Shown: piece by piece, positions 1 to 11,686 of the stretch | Layout: each line of letters begins with the position of its first letter | How positions within the stretch are numbered: the stretch's first letter is position 1 | Source: Euglena gracilis | Taxonomy: Eukaryota | NCBI GenBank assembly: GCA_039621445.1 | Contig: CP154954.1 | Coordinates: 13,744,387 to 13,808,386 of the forward strand | DNA length: 64,000 nt | Reading direction: 5' to 3' | Notes under the pieces: generated by a model | What the model was told of the DNA's origin: nothing | Database searches by the model: none | The model's input: only the letters and a program-made list of their open reading frames with translations | Program-made: the position numbers and the translations under genes

Positions 1-411
1 AACCAATTGTGCCTCATCGGCGTGGGAACTGGAAGCACTTTCACATAAAAGCTTCCAATCCCCATTTTCTTGGTCAATATCTTGCAATGATGCCTGTAAT
101 AAGGCATAGTTGAATTGATGGTTGGGGCCTGTGCTTTGCATCTTTCTGATGACAAAAACAGCAAAAACCCACAAAACTAAGCAGTTGTGCTGGCACCAGA
201 GGGGCTGTAACGGGTAATACCGAACAGAACCTTCCGGAGCCTGCTCGTCTGCTTAGACGTTGACTAGAAGCCGGGAGCTGACGCTGCGACCGTGTAATAA
301 CGGTGCAGGGGATCTCCGCTGCCAGTCAGCGTAGGATCGAACAAATCTGCTACCAAGTGTAATACCTGGTAGCCTTTCTGTTTGTGAAGTGTGTATAGGA
401 TCGTAACCAAT

Positions 412-420
412 CTGCTACCA
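412..420 (-). promoter_or_regulatory. Primer-binding site (initiator tRNA-Met type); a second copy lies at ~347-355
   Basis: TGGTAGCAG on the minus strand abutting the LTR; complementary to the 3' end (CTGCTACCA) typical of eukaryotic tRNAi-Met. Confidence 0.75.
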
Positions 421-728
421 AGTGTACGTCTGATTCCCAATTCCCAATTCCCAATTCCCAAAAGCCTTCGCTTTCGCCTTGGCGCACCTACTTGGGAACT
501 GAAAATAAGAGTAACAGTAAAATCCCTTTTCCCACTTCCCAAGAAGCAAAGCACAGAGCAATGCAGGGAGGACGGACTGGATAACCAAGTCCGTCCGGAG
601 AAAAGGAAAGACAAAACAGAATACCACCTGTGGAGAGAGAAGGGGCACCCATTAGGAAATCCTAATAGGATCTGCTTCCATCCTAACTTCCTCAACGGAA
701 GGGGACAGAAGCATACGCCTGGTACACA
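421..728 (-). mobile_element. 5' LTR of a minus-strand LTR retrotransposon whose body runs off the left edge (same LTR family as elements E and D)
   Basis: Starts AGTGTACGTC and ends GCCTGGTACACA like the LTRs at 5250-5692, 16213-16656 and 30590-31016; directly preceded by CTGCTACCA (reverse complement TGGTAGCAG, a PBS). Confidence 0.8.
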
Positions 729-1545
729 GGAGGGCCATGCCATCGTGGTGGTACGCTGCCGTGGCGCGCCTCTTCGCTCTCGTGGAACAACAGCGCCGCT
801 GGCCCCGGAGTGTCTGCAGGCCTACGTGGCCATGGTGCCCGTGTCCTCTGGCGGCCCGGCCCCAATACCAGCGGCCCATCACGGGTATCACCGTCCTGGA
901 GCTGATGTATCGAGTGTAGGCCAAGGGGATTATCACCTCCTGGGCCTCCGCACTTGAGCAGTTCGTGCTGAGTGATGCCGCCTTCGGCTTCCTCTCGCAG
1001 GGGGGTACTCTGACGGCAGCACAGGTGGTCGCGGACCTCATCGAGCGCTCCGCACGCGAGGGCTCCGAGTTGTGGCTCGCGTCCTTCGACGTGATGAAGT
1101 GCTTCGACTCCCTCCCGTGGTGGGCGGTGTTCGGCACCCTTCGACATGCGGGTGTCCCTGCAGCCACGGTGGACTGCTTCGAGGCATTTTACACCCCCGT
1201 CTCCCGTCGCTTCCGGTATGGCCACATCGACGGCTCCTCTTAGCACGCAGCCAATGGCTTGGCCCAAGGTTGCCCTTCCTGCCTTGATCTCTTGAACATC
1301 CTGTTTGAGGGGTTCCACCGATGGGCCGCCACCTGCAGCTGCGGAGTGCATACCGCCGGGCACCGCGTGGCCTCCCTCAGCTTCGCCGACGATCCGGTCC
1401 TGGTGGGCTCCGGCCGCGACGCTGCCACCTCCCTCATCTCCGCCGACCTGCGTTGGTGCGCCTTGCTGGGCGTCCGCGGGACGAACGTGCAGCTGTGGTT
1501 GTCCCTCGGCGCGGGCCTCTCCGTCCCTGTCCAGAACATGGTCCT
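729..1545 (+). pseudogene. Non-LTR retrotransposon (LINE) reverse transcriptase, segment 1, with in-frame stops
   Basis: Motifs RPIT..LELMYR, DVMKCFDSLPW, GLAQGCPS.L.LLNI and SFADD across ORFs 737-919, 965-1243 and 1259-1545; stops at 917-919 and 1241-1243. Confidence 0.9.
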
Positions 1546-3510
1546 GACCTCTGTTCCCGCCCATGAGTGTTTCATTTCGGCTTCTCGGCTTTTTGACACA
1601 TTTTTTTTGCGGCTTTTCGGCTTTTTAGCCGTTGTTTTTCGGCTTTTCGGCGATAATGCCGTTCACGTTTGGCTTTTCGGCTTTTTTGCCACTCATTTTT
1701 GGCAATTCGTCTTTTTAGCCCAATACTGCTGCGATTCTGCACTTTCTGTGGCCGTCTTTTGTCTGGTCCTTCTTCCCTTTGTGCTTTGAAGGACTTCCTT
1801 ATTTCGGACGTGAAACGTTCTGCGCAAGACATTCAGTTTTTCACCATGGCACGAAGAAGCAAGAAGACAGGAATTAGTCGTGTGACTGAGTGGAGAAGGC
1901 TGAAAAAATTTCTGGCTTCTGTTAATCAAACGTTTGGTGGTATTTGGGGGCTGGCTGAACACACCCCAGGACGTATTGTCCTTGTTGACACCAAACACAA
2001 GCCGTATGTGGACGATGTGAAAAAAAACGCAATCGACATGTGTTTTGAACGACGGTACTGTGGTATATCCGGACGAACAACACGTGACGTCGCATTGGGA
2101 AGAACTGTCCCGTGGACATGTGTTCAACTAACGTGGGAGTATTTGAAAGGTCCAGAAATGGAACGCCCCTTGAGCCGATATTCTGGTGGGTGGCCTTCAG
2201 CGAGTGTGGACCTTGTGCGAAAACTGGCACATGTACTCAGCGTCATGGAAGGTGGGTGGACACAACCTGACTGGCCCAAACCAGGTGAACTTTGGGTACG
2301 CTGGGGTGTTGATGGTGTTCCTCGATGGAAGACAAATTACCTCACCTTAACAATGGCCCTCACGGGGAAACACCAGCATTTTAAGTTGCATGCAGTGGAG
2401 CGGTACGCTCACTGTGCCGTTCTTCTGGGGACAGAAAGTATGGCTTCTGTGAAAGCCCTACTTCAAGGAGCTGGTTTTGATGCCGCTTTGGAGCATTTAG
2501 AAGGCTTTCCCAGGGTGCTTTTCATTGATGTGTTGTTTGTGACGTCTGAGGACAAAAAAGAAAACAGATGTAACCTGCTTGGCCCCAGACACCTCTTTGA
2601 AAGGCACCCTATTTGCAACAGCCACTGTTGGAGGAAAACAACTGCGAATACGAAATTTCTTCGTGGGTGATCACATGGTGGAATACAAAGTGACAGGTGC
2701 AGATGGACCCACAGCAACCGCAGCCGGTCGGGAAATTTGCCCTTTCTGTGCTGCACCACCCGCTGAGGTCACCAACTGGAATGCACTCCCACGAGAATTG
2801 GAGACAGCGTCACGGCCGTCAGCAATTCTCACAGCTCTTCCACGAACCCAAGTTCTTCCAGATGCAATGCATGGTGCACACAACGTCCTCCACAACATTG
2901 TCATACCACTCGTCTTACACCTACTTGATGGCAAGCTGTTTGCCACTGAAGCAAGACAGATAGCTTGGACGGGTATGACAAAAACAGACGGCGGTGAGGA
3001 AGAAGAGAAGAAAGCAATTACACTTTCACTGAATTATTGGCGGCAGTCAAACTGGAATTACATGCTGCAGCGTTTGGGGCCTCATGTGCCACAATGGCAA
3101 CGCCTGCATCTGCAGGCATTGCTTCAAGACGGTTCTGCCATGGTTAATTTGGCATATCAGGAAAGTGTGGGTGCTGAAGACTGGATAAGATTCAAAGAAA
3201 TATCAAAGGATATGCGGCAAAGACTTGCTACGTTACATGCGCCAGCCACCGTTTGGGGTCATGTTTGGACTTCACACCTGCCCCTTGCAGGGTTCCTCCC
3301 CTTTGCGTTTTTTCTTTCACATTTATCTTACCCAAACCCTGGGGGTGGGGAGGGCTGGACGATTTGCCAGGTTTGCCAGCCAACTGGGGATGATTTGCCG
3401 CGTTTCGCACGGGCTGGCAGCCGGACCACATTTGCCGGCCGCAAGGATGGGGCTCACTGGATTGCTGGGTTTGTTTGCTGTTTACGCCAGGGCGTTGGAA
3501 CTCTGAGGTC
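1546..3510 (+). mobile_element. DNA transposon inserted in the LINE RT, with imperfect terminal inverted repeats
   Basis: LINE frame stops at ...NMVL and resumes at ...SFRFVGIELG. Left end GACCTCTGTTCCCGCCC versus reverse complement of the right end GACCTCAGAGTTCCAACGCCC. No clear TSD, so boundaries are approximate. Confidence 0.6.
1846..3283 (+). pseudogene. RAG1/Transib/CMC-like DDE transposase, 3'-truncated, with candidate intron 2504-2603
   Basis: Ordered motifs WGVDG (1st D), FVGDH (2nd D), ICPFC (CxxC), LPDAMH (cf. RAG1 DALH), WGHVWTSHLP (HxxxxH); catalytic E not seen. Removing GC...AG 2504-2603 joins the two ORFs in frame. Confidence 0.7.
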
Positions 3511-4972
3511 CGCCGCGAGCTTCCGCTTTGTGGGTATCGAGCTCGGACTACAAGTGCCCGCGGCGGGTGGAGAAGGCCTTGGCAGCTGCCCACCGCCTCT
3601 GCTCCCTGCCGCTCCCCGCCGCCATCTGCTGCACCTTGTGGCGCCGTGGCCCCCCTCGCCGCCGGCGGGAAGTCCCTGCTCCACAAGCCCCCGCTGGAGC
3701 TCAACCTCTGGCGCAGCCCCGACGTGGACATGGGCCTCCCCCTCGGCGCCTCTGCCGTCCGCGAGCCCCTCGCGGAAGCCCGCCTGCTGCAACTGCAATG
3801 GCTCCAGCTGATCGCAAACTCCTTCGACCTGTCGGCTGCCTCCAACACGCCCCGGCCCCGACTGGCTCGAGTACTCCGTCGCCCTCCGTGCCGCCCTCCA
3901 GGCCGTTGCGTGGACCGTTCGCCTTAACCAGGCTTTCCCCGGAGCCTCGCAGTGGCCCGCGCTGTCTCCTGAACCCCCGTATCCAGCAGAAGTAACCTTG
4001 ACCGCAGTGAACAGCCTCCCCGCCCCTGGTACGGCTTTCGTCGACAGATCGCTGAGCCACCGAGGCGGAACCGCCACGTGGTGCTCCGACACCGAGGACT
4101 TCTCCTTGGTCAGTGTCCCCGCAACCCACAGCAGTACCCAATGTGAGCCGGCGGCCCTCGGCGATTCCATCCGGCGCTGCCCCTCAAAGGTGTTCTCCGA
4201 CGGCCTGTGCTCCCTCCAGCTGCTGCTTCGCTGGGGTTCCCGCTACACCGCCACCGCCCTCCACTGCGTCGATCGCTTCGATGTCCGCCACGTGCTGGAG
4301 CTCGCCCGCAGCTGCCCCTGCGCCGCTTCCACCCCGGTGCACAAGGCGAGAGCACACCAGGAGGACGCCATCGCCTCCGGTCACCCCCACGTTATCGACA
4401 TTGGTCAGGCCGACGTCCTCGCCAAGCGGGACACCCGAGACACCGGCCTCCCCGTCTGGGATCCGCCCCCCTCCTGCCGCAACGCCGTCGAGCTGCTGGA
4501 CCCCTCCAGCGCCCCCGTCATTGACGTGCTGTCCGCCTTCCCCGTGACCTGGTGGCGTCGCCAACGCCGCTCCTGGGGACCACCGGACACCCGCCCCTGT
4601 CGCGAGCTGTTGTACCCCGCGGAGATGGACTTCGACTGGTCCTCCTCGGTCGCCTGCTTCCTGTGGCCTTGCTGCGCGTCGGGCCAGTTCCAACACCCGG
4701 TGGCCCCAGCAGTGGTGAAGTGGGTCGCCCGCTTCCGGAGCGGCTGCCTGGCCACCAAAGCCCGCCGCCTCCGATGCCTCTGGGTCGACTCCGCGCTGTA
4801 CACCTGCTGTGCCGAGATGGACGAAGATGACCGCCACCTCCTAGCAGACTGCCTGGCCACCGGCTCACGTGTTTGGCCAGCGCTCCCTGCACCTTCCTCT
4901 CATGGCGGCCCTGAGCCCCATGTACACCATGCGGCACCACCCCCCCGACTCGGCTGACGCGGTACGCTTCCT
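3511..4972 (+). pseudogene. LINE segment 2: RT C-terminus, RNase H and C-terminal zinc knuckle
   Basis: FRFVGI thumb-like motif; RNase H pattern FVD.S, SSTQCE..AL, VFSDGL, HKARAH, QADVLAK; then Y/CTCCAEMDEDDRHLLADC. Confidence 0.8.
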
Positions 4973-5249
4973 GGAGCTGGGGTCCCCACGGCCAGCCAGA
5001 TACCGGCCAGACCTCCTCCTCCTCTTTTTTTCACATGCCACCAGCCAGACGTCCTCCTCCTATTTTCTCCCAGCCACCAGCCACGGCTAGCCGCGGCTGG
5101 CCGTGGCTGGCCGCGGCTGGGGCTCCTCCTCCTTTTTGGGCCTACCCGGAGAGTGCCAAAACTAAAAGTAGGGCAAAAGTCACCACGGCGCCACCGCGGC
5201 GCTTATTATTACGCTCGGAGGCTGCGCTCGCCAGGCTTAATCACAACAT

Positions 5250-5692
5250 AGTGTACGTCCCGCTCTTTCTCTTTCGCTTTCCCCTTTTTCCCAGAAAAGG
5301 CGCGGGAGTAACAAAGATAAAAATTATAACCCTTTGTCTCCTTTATGCAGAGCACAAGGCAAAGGGAGGGAAGGCTTTGTTTTGAGACCGGAGTCCCTTT
5401 TCTGTTGTTCTTGTTGACCTCTTCGGTTCTTGATAAAGAGAACAAAAATAATTGTAAAGATTGGGGTCTTCGCCCCTCAAGAGAAAACCTACTTACAAAA
5501 CTATCCCAATAAAACCTCAAGCTAAGTAGGAACCAAGTGTTTCTTATTCTGCAGGAGAATTCCCTAACTGGGACGTCATCGCCAGTTAGTGCAGAATCAC
5601 ATAGCACTGTGTGCAGCTGGCCAAAGGCCAGTTAACAGGCATTCGCCCTTTGTAGCAGACAATGCCATCGCATCATGGCTGCCTGGTACACA
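5250..5692 (-). repeat. 3' LTR of element E (443 bp)
   Basis: Direct repeat of 16213-16656; followed on the + strand by TCCCCCTCCC (reverse complement of PPT GGGAGGGGGA). Confidence 0.9.
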
Positions 5693-6339
5693 TCCCCCTC
5701 CCAGGGCTATGCCCGATTTCCCTCCTGGACCAGGCCAGTTGGGATGCCAGGCACAGTCCTGTGTGGGATGGGCACCAGGAACTATGCTTGGTTCCAACTT
5801 ACCTTATGGTATAGTATGTCACCCAAAACCCGAAAACGCGCAAAAGAGGTTACCGCTTAGGGGGCTACCTACCTTTTTTGCGTTAAAGGGTTGGGGACAA
5901 GAATAAGCCCAAGAAAAATGGGGCTGGAATGTTTTCCATTCCAGAAACCCATCCTCCCTGTTTGGGTGTGCCAAAGGCACTTGAGGTGGTATATTCCAGA
6001 AGTCAGAAAATAATTCTGGGGTGGGTGTGAAAGGGGGGGGCACCTGGCCAGTCATACCTGATCAGGGAGGGAAGAACTACTTTACAGAACCAACTGCTGG
6101 AGCCAGCTTTTGCCCAGGGGGGGAAATGGAGAGGAGTGGGGGGCTGGTTTTAGGACCGTGAAAAGGAATTTTTGCTGGCGGGCAGCCTTATGGGCCTTAG
6201 GGCCGAAAAGAAGTTGACTACTTATTACGGCGTGCGCGCTGCACGCTGTGCTGTAGTCTTACTAGCGCCGTGGCGCTTTTGTGGTTCTTCGGTCTGCACC
6301 AAGACGATGAATTGCGCCGAAGCGCTGTTGGGACTTCGC

Positions 6340-6500
6340 CCTTTTTGAGGGGGGGGACATTCAGCCGAAGGTGATTTTGGGACTGCGCCCTTTCAGGGGG
6401 GGGGGGGCTTTCAGCCGAAACTGATTTTTGGGACTGCGCCCTTCCGGGGGGGGGGGGGCTTTCAGCCGAAGCTGATTGGGGGGGGGGGGGCTTCAGCCAA
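6340..6500. repeat. Short tandem repeat of ~50-bp units (TTCAGCCGAA..TGATTTTTGGGACTGCGCCC + G-tract)
   Basis: About 4 recurrences of TTCAGCC(G/A)A separated by poly-G. Confidence 0.75.
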
Positions 6501-7034
6501 TTGTGTGCAAAGCGTTCAGTATTCAGCCGAGGCTGACTTTTTGTGTAAAGAAAACGGAAACCGTTTTCTGGTTTGGTTGTAGTTGTGACTAAAAACTCGA
6601 AAAAATTCCAAATTTTAGTAAAGACCTTTTTTAAAAAAAATTTCGTCCGAAGACGATTGTAACGGTTGATTGTGATGTTTGAAGATGGTTTATTTGTAAC
6701 ACATTGTATGAGTTTGTTAAACCCTAAACATTTAGTGCATATCCATGCTTTGTACGCTTTGAGCCTGTCGGCCCTCGTGGGGGGGGCATGCAAAATGCTG
6801 TCCATGGCATGTTTTTTAAAACAGAATTTCTAAACAACATTGGACAATTCGCAACGCAAAGTAACGTTGTATGTTACAGCAGTGCAGTGAGGCATAAGCC
6901 TCCAAAGAAGTAAATTATAAAGAATAAACCTCGTTCACGGATATGAGTATTATACGTAACATACTTGTCCACGGCTGTCCTGCAGAGTAAGTAACAGGCA
7001 AGGATCAGCCTTTTTGTAGAAAAAATTGTGAGTT

Positions 7035-7655
7035 CGGGGGGGTGTGACTTCTCACTGTCAACGGGGGCGGGGCTGTGGCTTCGCACGTTAGTGGGGGGGT
7101 TGTGACTTCGCACACTTGGGGGGGCTGTGACTTCGCACATTCGGGGGGGGGGGGGGCTGTGACCAGGCACTGCCGGGGGGGTGGGGTGTGGCTTCGCACT
7201 TCCGGGGTGGGGGGGCTGTGGCTTCGCACATTCGGTGGGGTGGGCTTTGACTTCGCACATTCGTGGGGGGGGGGGCTGTGGCTTCTCACATTCGGCGGGG
7301 GGATGTGACTTCACACTTTCAGAGGGTGGGTGGTGACTTCGCACCGTACTGCCCGGGGGGGGGGGGCGGGTGACTTCGCACCGCACTGCCAGGGGGGGGG
7401 GGGGCTGGTGACTTCGCACCGCTCTGCGGGGGGCGGGGGGCTGGTGTCTTCGCACCGCACTGACAGGGGGGGGCTGGTGACTTCGCACCGCACTGGCGGG
7501 GGCGGGGGCTGGTGACTTCGCACCACACTGCCAGGGGAGGGGGCTGGTGACTTCGCACCACACTTCCAGGGGGGGGGCTGGTGACTTCGCACCGCACTGC
7601 CGGGGGGGGGGGGGGGGTGGTGGCTTCGCACCACACTGCCAGGGGGGGGGGCTGT
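7035..7655. repeat. G-rich minisatellite, ~25-38 bp units with core G(A/G)CTTCGCAC
   Basis: Roughly 18-19 cores, each followed by a G-run. Confidence 0.9.
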
Positions 7656-8009
7656 GTTTTTTTTCAGTGTTGCTTAAAATAACGTCCGGGGGGAGGCAGC
7701 TAAAAAATTTGCAACCGTGGTCACTTGTAGTGGAATAATGTTGGAGAAAGTCAAAAAATTTTTTTTTTAGTTTATGCAAAAGAAATCTTGCATTCGCAAA
7801 CAAAACCTGCCTTTCTGGCAATTATGGCTGTCCAGCCTCGAACACAAGCAAACTGCACACCTAGAAACAGTGTGCGCTCGGATTTCACGTGCATGTGGCT
7901 GTTCCGCCTCAAAGCAAACCACACACCTGGAAACAGTACAGGTGCAAATTTCACTGCCCTTCATTATACTGTGGTGTGTTTCTGTGTGGTGTGGTTCGGT
8001 GTGGCTGTC

Positions 8010-8432
<423 letters not shown>

Positions 8433-11400
8433 GTGTACCGTTTCACCTGTGCGGCGCTTGTGCGGGTTCACTAAAAAAAGTATTTTGATGCAGATTGTAC
8501 GCATTGTATCGCATTGTACCACATTGTACGTCAGGACATTATATCACGTTGTACGCCAAGGCATTGTATCTCATGACCACAATGTATGTCAAGGCAAACT
8601 TGTTAAAAAAATTGCAGTTTGAAAAAAAATCACTGACTTTTGTGTTTTGGTGGACTTTGGCTACGGTCCAGTTATTTTCGGTGTCCTGCCTTTAAAAAAT
8701 TTCGCCTCCTTAAAGGCTTGGAAACGGTGTTTCGCCTCCGCAAAGGCTTGGACGGTTGAGCAGTGAGGAGGAACACAACTGGAAAAATGCATCCAGTTGG
8801 TTCAGAACACACCTCTGCGGGTAATGACTCCAGAGTCACTTGTACAGTTGAAGGCACCGTAAAAACGGTTCTTGGACTGAGGTAAAGCATCCTGCACATT
8901 CTGAAACAAAACAAAATTGTGTTTTGGAGTAAAAACATACCCATAGCACCGGAGATAGTTGTTTGGAGTATGAATATGCAGTTTCTTGGACAGAACCAAT
9001 GACTTTAGTGACAGTTTGTATCGTTTTCATCGCATTCTGCGCGTTCACACCCGAGGATTTTGTTATCTCAAAATCCGCGACAGTGAGTACAGCTTTCTGC
9101 TGATTGTGGGACAAAAATGTCACTAAAATCATAGGATGCAGCTGGAAATATTACCGTTTAGAAGGAATTGACTCCAGTTTCACATGGCTGTGGAATCATG
9201 CGGTAATTTGTGCATACTGCACTTTCTGGGGTTAGCACCATCTCCAAAAGTACGTTGGTCAAGGTGTTGTCCGCGAAAATCACAAAAATGTGCGAATTTC
9301 GCTAAAATTGTAAGAAAAAAAAGTGTTTTTTCAGAGACATAAATCACTGAAAACAAAAGCAAGGCTGAAAAATTTTGGTCAGTGTTATGTCCTTTGGCAC
9401 AGAAGGCTTGCTCACAGAACTTTGTAGGGGTTCAAGCGTATTTTTTTTGCCAAGGGGTGGTGCTCATCCAAGCTTTACCGATAAAATCGGTGTCACTATA
9501 CAGTGATTGAAAATACGCTTGAATCATTGTGAAAAAAAATGAAAATTTGTAGAAAAAACTGCTGCGGTGTATTTGCAATCAGAGAATCACAAATACGAAA
9601 ATGCATCCTTGAACCTGTGACAGCTTGTCCATTGTACCATCTTGATAATTGATAGTTGACCCGAAGGCCATTGGACCATACTGTCACTCTTGATCCGACC
9701 GTAGTCGGTTGTATGAACAATCATTGTGAATTCTTCGCATTGTCAAAAATCATTATCTATTGGAAGGAGAGGGAAAGAGGACAGAAATTTTGCAAAACGG
9801 CAAATTTTTTGAAAAAATGCAAAATTTCTGAGAAATCGCTAACATTTTTGGAAAAGTCAAAATTTTTAGGAGGTTTGAAGGTAATCATGTATGTCACAAC
9901 TTTTGCAGCGACATACGCGATTTACATATTGTTCACCACATTCGCGATTGTTGTGTGCAATACTGCATTTGAATCACGAATTGTGATATTGTTGTAGACA
10001 GTTGTTGATTCACAAAAATCTTGATTTTTATTGCCAAAAGAGAAATTTTTTTGAAAAAAAATCACTATGTTTGTGTTGAGTGGCACCTAAATGCCTTTGT
10101 ACATAAGGAAAATTCTTCAGGTTGCTATTTTTACACCATGAACCGCGAATTTCACGATTTGGAACGCGAAAAGCGCAATTCTCGCATAAAAATTGCAATT
10201 TTGTAAAGAAATTGCAAATTCACAAAAAAAAGTTCATGATTTTGGAAAAAAACGTTTAATTGTATGTAGGTTGTGCAATTCGCGTTTATTTTCGCAACAA
10301 TAATGATATTCATCACATCGTTCGCGGTTCCAGTTGTAGGATTGTGCACCTCCTCAGAGGTTTGTCCGTACATCCGCCCATTATGGTTGGGGAGAGCATG
10401 TAAACGCGAATTTTGTGTTGTACATTGTCAAAGTCTGGTTTTTGAGAAATTCTTCACCATTCCAGAGATGAAAAACACATTTTCATCCCCAAAACGGTGA
10501 TATTGTAGGTAAGAAGCAAAAATTTTGACTTATACGGTTGAAAAGGTGATTATCACCACTTCATCAAGACTTTGGTGTCTGAATTCACCACAGTCGCGTT
10601 TCGATGGTGGTTCTTAATCCCGTAGGATCTTTGGACATGCGTGATCACTGCGGATGCTTGGGGAAAAAGGTTGTGTGTTGAAAATTATAGCGGTAAGTGG
10701 GTATTCACTTGGATTTTGGAAAACCAAGATTCCAAGACGCGTTATTGTAAAAAATTGTAAGGATTCCAGATGAGATTCGCGAAAACTGTCGCTTTCAGAC
10801 CGGTAGAAGGCTGAAAACATAGTTTTCCGAACCACATTTGAGAATTCGGTGTGTACTTGGACAATTGTGTGGGAATACTTCCCGTTGTAGTCCTGGGGGA
10901 GTGGCATTCAGCCCTTCATGGTAAAATCAAAAAGGAGGGGGTTGGAATTCGCGACATCCGCGATTCCAATCAAAGGTGCGATTCTCGCTTTTGTGTTTCA
11001 GAACGCTTTTCCGCACAAGAGCGGTTACATAACCAAGTGTATTTTGTGAGCTTCAAGTGTATGCACTGTTCACAAGGTACTTTGGATGGCACCAAGTGTA
11101 CCAAGTGTACAATGTAGTTCAATGGTAGGTAAAACGGTAAGTTGTGGACGTTTTAACAGTTCGGAATCAGGTTCTGCGTAAATTCTCCAACGGTGTGCGC
11201 ATTGGCTGGGTGTGCAAGTGTTGTTGTGCATGTCGGTCTGGTGTCGCCCATACAAGTTGGTGTTGAAAGTTGTAGCTGCTGGGGGGTCCGAAATCGACAC
11301 ACCTGGTGGAAAACGAAAAAGTTTTGCAGCTGGGCGGTTACTCGACACCGTAATTACTTCAGGCCTGTTGTGCTTTCAACTTGGAACCCAGTGAAACGAG

Positions 11401-11686
11401 GGGGGTTAAGCTACTTGCTTTCCCTAACGCATGGAAAACGTCCGGTGAAAAGTCAGTGGGTAGGGGGGCAGCTTTCTCTTTACCCCTGGGGTGAAAAACG
11501 GTTTTTTACGGTTGTAGAAAACGTTGTGGCTGGTCGGGGGGCACGTCATCAGAGACGCAAGGGGAGAAATTCGGTGGTGAGGTACGTGTGCAAGGTGTGC
11601 AAGGTGTAGTGAACAAACCATGGCTGGGAATTTCAACAAAAAAATGCGGTTGTTAAATAAATAGAAAGAAAACTTCCAGAAATATG

